Below, piece by piece: positions 56,538 to 64,000 of a stretch of 64,000 bases of DNA; within the stretch, counting starts at the first letter, position 1; the number at the start of each line of letters is the position of its first letter. Below the pieces are notes generated by a model. That model did no database searches, was not told where the DNA came from, and worked only from the letters and a program-made list of their open reading frames with translations. Origin of the DNA: Phoronis australis (Eukaryota > Animalia > Phoronida); contig NMRA01000130.1 in assembly GCA_002633005.1 (NCBI GenBank), positions 124,001 through 188,000 on the forward strand, read 5' to 3'. A program made the translations under genes and the position numbers.

Positions 56538-56722
56538 ATTCCAGTGGTTGCTACGTGACTACGTTCGGGGTGCTGTTCAAAGATGATAGATGCGCCAACA
56601 TATTCGAGGCTCTTGTGGGTACCCTACGTGCAGCCAAACGTAAGAAGATCGTGACATACGAGGGGGAGCTACTGCTGCAAGGAGTCCACGATAATGTGGA
56701 AATCAAGTTGTTACAGCAGTGA
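56538..56722 (+). CDS. ABRACL: ABRACL / Costars family protein, last coding exon (DSSGCYVTTFGVLFKDDRCANIFEALVGTLRAAKRKKIVTYEGELLLQGVHDNVEIKLLQQ*)
   Basis: Acceptor tttttcttttccag, phase matches the previous exon. 61+185 = 246 nt = 81 aa plus TGA. Contains the Costars signature FGVLF..D.CAN.FEALVGTL.AAK..K.V.Y.GELLLQGVHD. Confidence 0.97.
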
Positions 56723-58107
56723 TTTGTAGCCTCTAACCCGTCTTTGTAATTTTTTGTAACAATTATCAAGTCCTGAAGGTTGCGCGCTTCCGTAATTTAG
56801 TTAACACAATATTTGAAGCGCCTAAAAGGTTAATTGGGCGCTGACATTTACAAAGTGATTGTATTGCTGCATGGTTAGAATTGTAAGTTAGATAGGAAGC
56901 ATCAGTGACCATCACTGATCTTAACATTGGAAATTGACTTCAGGCAAGTATTGTCGAGTCTGGGAACAAATGTTGCTCTTGATTGTAATGTCTGGAGTTG
57001 AACACAAAAATGCAAGGTACTGTAGTGGTTAGGATGCACAAATTACTCAATAAATTCTTAGAGACTAAATCTTGACAAGGCTAGTGCAAATGTGGGAGAA
57101 GTCTTGCAAAGTCTTCTGCTTTTGGGTTTATGATAGGTTGTAATATGCGCGCAATTTGGAACCAGGTTTTCTCCCCTGGATAATGAGCATCAAACTGGTT
57201 CTCAAAATGCGGGCACTTTATATACCGCTATTGCCCTTTTTAGCAGACTTTTTTCTCCTCATAGATTATCCTTCCTCAGCCTTTGATTTTCTTTTCCCTC
57301 AAATAATTTTAGAAGATTGTGAAATCATAACTACAGTAGCTATTGAGCCCTTTTCCCTGCATTTGGTTTGTTGTCTTGTGAAAAAAGTGCATAGTTATAA
57401 GCAATTTGAACGTCTTCATAAAATCACATTTAGCATGGTAACATGTTAATTACCATCTTGTCACGTTCTCCATCGGTTTGTGAATGATACGATTACCTTT
57501 ACTAAGAAAGTTTTTCTTAAAGGTAGTAATTTGCAACACAGGTCAAATAATTGGTGTCTCACCTGCCTTCAGACGTATTACAGGTAAAAATGGCTTCGAT
57601 CTACAAATTTTTGCGTATGTGATCTTGATATCACCAAAGATTTTTCAACATTTTCAGTTATCGTTTCTGGTAACTGTACACAAATATATTTTGGATTGAG
57701 CAAAGTTCATAAATGGCCTCTGTGGTTAGATATTTAGGTCAGTGTTGAGAATCATCTGACCTTGTTGCTGAGTGGCTTAACTGTGACCTATGTTGCTGGA
57801 GGGGTTGTCTCCTTGGACCACAAACGTAGTACTCAAATAGTGTGAATGCGTTTGATAGGAATGCAACACCTGTGTAGTGGACCAATTACTGTTAAGTTAT
57901 GAATTCTATTGGTGCTGGTGAGGAGTCCATGTGCAATGTTTTTGTAACTTTGTGATAGACATCTTTCACTTTTTTAGGCATAACTTTATTTTGGATTTTC
58001 GCTATGACTCTTACCTGTTCGGAAGGCTGTGTAATGTTTATTAAAACTATATTTAGTTAGATTCATTTTAGAATTATTGTATATAAGCTGCTGAATTTTT
58101 TAAAATG

Positions 58108-58113
58108 AATAAA
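58108..58113 (+). terminator. Candidate ABRACL polyadenylation signal (AATAAA); a proximal alternative is at 57049-57054
   Basis: AATAAA followed by GT-rich (tgtgtctgtt) and T-rich tracts, ~1.4 kb after the stop. Confidence 0.55.
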
Positions 58114-58923
58114 TGGTCAGTTTGCATTAGTGTGTCTGTTCACTGCAGAATTTTTTTTTTCTTAATTTTGCTTTTTGGGAAATCGAATTAAAGTTATCCA
58201 TTATGGGATTACTGATCCATTTAATAGTTCCCTGCTTTGAAACTCACTGAAAAACATCTTTACAGGCTGGTACCAACTCTGAACAGGTTGTTGAACTTTT
58301 CTGTAAGAATTGCCAATCTACCAGTATTACATGCATGACGTTTTGGGCACCGTATTCAAAATGAAGGGAAAGCTTTCGTTGATAAATGTGTGAATTGTGA
58401 GGCTGCTTGGCTTAAGGGGGGGGGGGGAAGTATCCTTCAGAATCGATACGTCCCTGGTTATTTTGCAGAGACATTTTCTAGTAATAACTACTTTTCCTAC
58501 AGGTGGTAGTTATACATGTAAGGACTCAGGATTGCATAAATGGCACAGTAAATGGTTCTGCTTTAACCTCCATTAACACAAATAGGCGACACATAGTGTG
58601 TTGAATAGTGAACAGGATATTGCCTTTGCTCAATGGAATTCAGAATCATGATGCAGGCCTTTTGCTTAGTGGAAGTCACTTTTTATTGCTTCTAGGAATG
58701 TGAATACATGCCAAGTCGACAACATCTGTTGAAGATTTCCAAGGATGCAACCACATTTACGTACGTGTGTGCATATTGCCGTCATCTCTGTCTGGGTGTC
58801 TCGCGTCTAGTGCTGTATCGCGTCAATCCCTTGCAGGATCCTAATGAGATTCAGCTGACGACAAATAATGATGAATTTCGGACCGATCTGATTATCGCCG
58901 TGTCCCCTAGTGGCAATTTTAGC

Positions 58924-60762
58924 TTTTTATGCGCCCACATATTTATATGTGAACGCATTATGCCGTCATCTCCGGGTGGCGTCAGTCCGGCGTCCGCTGC
59001 TCTATCTCCAAAACCCTTTGACATACGTTCATAAAATTTGGCACATATGTTCCATTCATGAATGGGACGGCATGAGCGAACTTTCGGACGGATCCGACTA
59101 CCGGTGTGCCCCCTAGCGGCAATTTTAGTTTTTTACGCTTACATTTGTATCTTCAAAAGTCCTGAACGGATTTTCATGAAATTTGGTATGTAGGCACCTA
59201 TTAGTGAGATGACGCTATGCTCCCGTTTTCGGATGGATTCGACGTAATTTGCGCCACCTAGTGGCCGTTTTTACTGTTTTCGAGTTTTTGCGTCCACCAC
59301 CCTATCAACCAAACCGCTCAAAGGATGATTGTGAAAATAAGCATGTATGTGCTTACTATGAAGAGGACGGTTGACGATGATTTTCAGACGATTTCGACTA
59401 CTGTGGCGCCTCCTAGGTATCTCCTAAACCGTTCGCAAGATCTTTACGAAATTTATTTAGTATATTTGTGTGTTGTTAACAACGGACGACGACGACTTTT
59501 GGACAGATCCGACTACCGGTGAGCTCCCTAGTGGCAGTTTTGTTTTTTGCGCCTATGGCTGTATCTCCTAAACCGTTCGCAGGATTTTTACGAAAGTAAA
59601 TAAGTATATTTATATGATGTCAACAACGAACGGCAATGACTTTTGGACAGATCTGACTACCGGTGTGCCCCTTAGTGGCAATTTTATTTTTTTTACGTTT
59701 ACCTTTGTATCTTCAAAAGTCCTGAACGGATTTTCATGAAATTTATTATGTAGGCACCTATTAGTGCGGTGACGCTATCCTCCTGTTTTTGATTGGATTC
59801 GATGTAGTTTGCGCCACCTAGTGGCCATTTTTACTGTTTTCTGGTCTGTTTTTTGCGTCCACCCCTCTATCAACCAAACCCGGCACTCAAAGGATGATTG
59901 TGGAAATTGGCATGTATGTGCTTACTATAAAGAGGACATTGACGATGATTTTCCGACGATTTCGAGTACTGTGGCGCCTCCTAGTGGCAGTTTTGTTTTT
60001 GTTGCGCCTATTGTATCTCCTAAACCGTTCGCAGGATCTTTACTTGATTTAGCAAGTGTATTTATATGATGTTGACTACGGATGACGACGACTTTCGTAC
60101 AGATCTGACTACTGCTGTGTTCCCTAGTGGCAATTTTAGTTTTTTACGTTTAACTCAGTATCTTCAAAGGTCCTCAACAGATTTTCATAAGATTTTAAAT
60201 ATAGGCATCTATTGGTGTGATGACACTATCTTTCTGTTTTTGGATGGAATCGAGGTATTTTGCACCACCTAGTGGCCATTTTTGCTGTTGTTTTTGGTGT
60301 CCACCCCTGTATCAACCAAATCATTTGAAAATTGACATATATGTTCTCAGTGTGAAGACGACCTTTGATGATGGTGACTGACTACTGTGGTGCCTCCTAG
60401 TGGTAATTTTGGTTTGCGCCCATAGTTGTATCTCTTAAACCCACTGCAGGATCTTTACTAAATTGAGTAAGTGTATTTATGTCACATAAATATGAAGATA
60501 ACAACAGACGACGACGACTTTCAGGCGGATCCAACAGACATTGTGCCCACTAGTGGCAATTTCATTTTATTCTGTTTTCCTTTCTTTTTCTGAAGTTCCT
60601 TGACAGATTTTTATGAAATATGGCATGTTCCTGTTTTTGGATGGATTGTATGTTTTTGCGCCATCTAGTGGCCATTTTTACGATACAAATAAATAACCCT
60701 TAAAAGCACACCATTTGCAATGCATTCGTAGGCACATTTCAACGCTCCACGTTGCTCTTGTT
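58924..60762 (+). mobile_element. HINE, young copy with an expanded array (~12 monomers), nested in an older copy
   Basis: Same 5' end TTTTTATGCGCCCACATATTTATATGT. The first ~450 bp are nearly identical to 49240-49680. 3' end CGTAGGCACAT plus CAACG/CGTTG hairpin plus CTCTTGTT. Confidence 0.88.
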
Positions 60763-61675
60763 ATGCCTCTGTATCTTTTAAGAATTCCTGGATGGATTTT
60801 CATAAAAATCCAAAAATACATATAAAAAGACAATGCCTCGTCTTTTACAGACGGGTTTAATCTATTCTGTGCCACATGGTGGCCATTTTTATAAGTTAAA
60901 AGTCCTTGGCACCTCTAATTGCCAAACCGCTCGAAGAATCACGAAAATTAGTATGTGTTCCTACTGAGAAAACCATGGCTGATATCAATCACGAGATGAT
61001 TATTATTATGTGGTGTCTCCTGGTGTCAATTTTGTTATTTTTTCATAGGCTTCTCTATTTCTTTAATTATTTACAACAGCTCTGAAATTTGACTAATGTT
61101 TCCCTATGAATGTGGTAATGGGTGACCATGGTTTTTCAACGGATCTGATAACTGCTGTCCCCGATTATAGTTTTCCGTTTCCAACATTTGCCTCATCTTC
61201 AGCCTAGTTTCAGAAAAAAAAAATTCCAGTCTGTTGTTCCTCTCTATCGTTCAAGCCACTCAGTCATGAAAATTGGTAACTTTGATCCTACTGACAAGAG
61301 CATGACTGATGTCGCTCTTCAGGTGGGTCTGACTAGTGTGGTACATCCTAGTGGCACGTTTTGGCATCTGTGACTGTAACGCCTGGTCTTTGTAAAATTT
61401 GGTAAGTATGTTCCTATGAACTTGAAAGCAGATGTGGATTTCTTTTGGACGGACTAACAATGTGCCACCTTGTGGCAATTTAATTTTACATTTGCCTCTC
61501 TATCTTTGGGGTTGCTTGACAGATTTTCATGAAAGTTGGCAGATAGTCTTCTATGAGTGATGATACTTTCCCATTTTCGGAGGAGTACAATGTATTCTGC
61601 AGTCTAGCTGCCTATTATATAAAAGCATGAAAGTTTTGAGACATCCAGCTGAGGAAAGAAAATGCAGAAAAACTA

Positions 61676-61812
61676 AATCAAATACCTGAATTTGCTTAAT
61701 TGAGTTAGTGACGTTGCGTCCGTCTCTCATGGACTTCATCTAGCCAAGCTGAAATCCGTGAGAGATGGACACAATATCACTAACTGGGGTAAGCAAATTC
61801 CAGTATTGGATT
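61676..61812. repeat. Imperfect foldback (~63-bp arms, ~11-bp loop), probable small MITE inside the old HINE
   Basis: Arms 61676-61738 and 61750-61812. The two opposite ORFs MRDGRNVTN... and MRDGHNITN... mirror each other. Confidence 0.8.
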
Positions 61813-62104
61813 CTATATTTCTTTATTCTGCCTATTATATCACACTAACAGACACCTCTAGAAGCATGCTGTTTGTAGTTCAATCATGGGCGCATTTCAA
61901 TGTGCTGTTGCTCCTGTTACTAAAGGTAACAACAAACACGGGTTTAGTTTCCTTTAAAGGCATTCTCCCATAGCTGACACGGAAAATAATTTATGTGTTC
62001 GAAAATTCTAATGACTTGTGGGAAGAGAGCAGTTCATGATTACTTTTAAGTTGATGTAGACACTGGAAAACAACAACTCAAAACAACAATTAAATACATC
62101 AAAT

Positions 62105-62110
62105 TTTAAT
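62105..62110 (-). terminator. Candidate polyadenylation signal (ATTAAA) of the RDEL gene
   Basis: Minus-strand ATTAAA followed by GU-rich ttgttgttttgagttgttg, ~0.95 kb downstream of the TAG. Confidence 0.45.
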
Positions 62111-63043
62111 AATAAAAGAGAAACATTTAACAATGCAACTTGACAAAAAAGACAGATTGCATAACCACATGACAAATGTGTGTGACCCTTAATGAAACGT
62201 GAAAAAGCATGGATCTGAGTAAATTGGTGAAAATGCTAGCTTTCGATGTGTATTATAAACTGCAGTGTCATTCTGATTGGCTACTTTAAAGCATTAAAAG
62301 ACATGACTTTGTTACATGTATGTAAACTACACAAAATAGCATTTCAGATGCACGTGAAGTAGATCTCCGCTATACGTAACTAGGAAAAAGTTATGTAGTA
62401 TGGCCGTTAAGTGTAATGCGCTTGGCTTTTCACAGAAATTAGATTTCACTTTACACATATAAAATCTCAGTCTCGTTAGATCAGACTGGTACAAACTTTA
62501 CTACGAGAGAAGATGGGAATTTCCCCGTTACTACAAGCTGCATCTACATCATTAACTGCCAGCTACTGGAGTGTTCTCTAGCCGACTACTCAGCCTCTCT
62601 TCAACGTAACGACTCAGTTACCTTCCAGTACACTCACAAGTACATATTACTTTCCCAGAATTCCCTGTTTACATGTAACTTTCCCAGAATTCCCTTTTTC
62701 GACTTAAAATACTAATGTGCACATTACATAGCTAAGAAATCGTGTCAACGATCAGCCAAACATAACAGCTCCTGTACAATATAAGCACCATTTTCACAAC
62801 TACACGGGCATGGCATATGAGTTGAGGTAATAAGGAAGAACTCTAGTCAACTCAGAATAGAACATTCTTAAAATGCAGAAAATGAACAAATCCAGTGGCA
62901 ACGTACTGCTCATTGTGCCTAAATTCCTCTTAACAACTTCTTAACAGCAACATAGTCAACTCCTTACAATCAAGAGCAGCAGTGAGCAAACCTAATAATG
63001 AGATGAAACTGAATAAATTAGTGGCACTATCTCGACTCAGGAA

Positions 63044-63139
63044 CTAAAGCTCGTCTCGAAGGTTTTGTTGCCGATATTTTTTGGCGAAGTAAATGATCTC
63101 ATCGGCATCCGTCTCGAGCGAGCTCCACTGATAAAACTC
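63044..63139 (-). CDS. Terminal exon of a probable ER-luminal protein (EFYQWSSLETDADEIIYFAKKYRQQNLRDEL*)
   Basis: Minus-strand acceptor atctttctttacag at 63140, a CpG-rich coding-like island, and a phase-0 frame ending RDEL then TAG. The remainder of the gene was not located in the window. Confidence 0.75.
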   Translation of the reverse strand, partial: EFYQWSSLETDADEIIYFAKKYRQQNLRDEL

Positions 63140-63558
63140 CTGTAAAGAAAAGATTACTTTGCTCAGCTCTAACTAAGAATATTTCGAAGTACTTGGGAAA
63201 GTAGTTATATATAGTCTCACTGGAGTAATATGAATACCTGATATATTTATTTTTAATCTCTATTTAAAATTGCCTGAAAGCATTAATGAAAGTGAGGAAG
63301 ACATTAAATGGAAAGTACTAGAACAACTGGTTGCATAAAGAATTTTTGGATGACTAACATAATAGCATGTACTTTTCAACTCAATTAAATACAACAACTG
63401 GAAAAGTGTTCCCAATTGCCAAACTATACGCAAACTCGTACTTTTATTTCACTGTCCACATAAACCACAGATTTTCTTCAGAGCAACTTTCCAACAGTAT
63501 TTTTTCATTTCAATGTGAGGAATTTCATTAACACTTGTCTAGTTTTTGGCCATAGTAA

Positions 63559-63706
63559 CAGGAGAAAGTTGAAAATGAAAATATTTCGGTTTATTGGCCT
63601 AAAACCATCATCAGGAAGCAACATTGACAATTTGGATCATGAATCGCTTCCTGATGATGGTTTTATGCCAATAAATCGAAATGTTTTCATTTTCAACTTT
63701 CTCCTG
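63559..63706. repeat. Foldback (~61-bp arms, ~26-bp loop) with a CTGATGA...CGAAA motif in each arm; possible Penelope-like terminal fragment
   Basis: 63559-63619 is the near reverse complement of 63646-63706. Confidence 0.85.
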
Positions 63707-64000
63707 AGGAATTTCAAGAATTGTAATGAAGCTGAGTAATAGCAAAAAGATAGAAAACCTCCATGTTGTCATCATTCCTTCAGAAACACTTTGCCTACAG
63801 TAGAATCTCAACAAATTTAGGACACAATAAGGACGACGAGTGAAATTTCTTTTTCTCATATCAGCTGAGTAGCACCAAACGAATACTTTTCCATGTTCTA
63901 ACTCTGTAACCATAGATACCAACAGACAATATTTTGATCAGTTATTGGCATTTGCAACAATTTCAGAAGACTGAAAAGGGAAAAGGGGCAATTTTGAAAC

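Larger units (their letters stand above)
58745..61918 (+). mobile_element. Older, decayed HINE of the same family, interrupted by the 58924-60762 copy
   Basis: Degenerate 5' end atgcaaccaca...gccgtcatctctgtc. The monomer broken at gtggcaattttagc resumes at 60763 (atgcctctgtatctttt...ggattttcataaaaat). 3' end tgggcgcatttcaatgtgctgttgctcctgtt. Confidence 0.72.

Noticed and set aside
58900-61480. CRISPR-like reading of regularly spaced short conserved repeats
   Set aside because: The intervening segments are 100-150 bp and homologous to each other, the context is eukaryotic, and no cas genes are present. It is a TE-internal tandem array.
63044-63139. Calling the RDEL exon DNAJC10/ERdj5 or a specific PDI
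   Set aside because: Only 31 aa with loose resemblance, which is insufficient for a gene symbol.
1-64000. The short six-frame ORFs as genes
   Set aside because: All are under 120 aa with no recognisable domains. Many overlap MITEs, HINEs or micro/minisatellites, or lie antisense to the real ABRACL exon (56551-56769).
1-64000. tRNA, rRNA, snRNA genes or autonomous retro/DNA transposon ORFs
   Set aside because: None recognised by eye. tRNAscan-SE, Infernal and BLASTX would be needed to exclude degenerate cases.

Overview
AT-rich animal genomic DNA with spliceosomal introns and many short non-autonomous DNA transposons. The repeat style suggests a marine invertebrate, which is an inference. 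One complete gene is recognisable: ABRACL (Costars family, 81 aa, + strand), with coding exons at 55686-55746 and 56538-56722. Its probable non-coding first exon ends at 45744, next to a CpG-rich, probably bidirectional promoter (~44780-45660). The left ~44 kb looks like intron sequence of an unidentified - strand gene starting from that promoter. At the right end a convergent - strand gene finishes with an exon encoding a C-terminal RDEL ER-retention signal (63044-63139). None of the listed ORFs is a convincing gene; most arise from repeats. The most unusual structure is a Helentron/HINE (DINE-1-like) family whose internal ~145-bp tandem monomers each carry a close match to the CTCF core motif. 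One copy lies in ABRACL intron 1 and a self-nested pair lies between ABRACL and the RDEL gene, giving about 20 co-oriented motifs. Also notable are a young 1.4-kb CAC...GTG element with a 5-bp TSD (Transib-type signature) and 21-bp periodic TIRs, and a foldback with hammerhead-like cores on both arms. All coordinates were read by eye and no searches were run.
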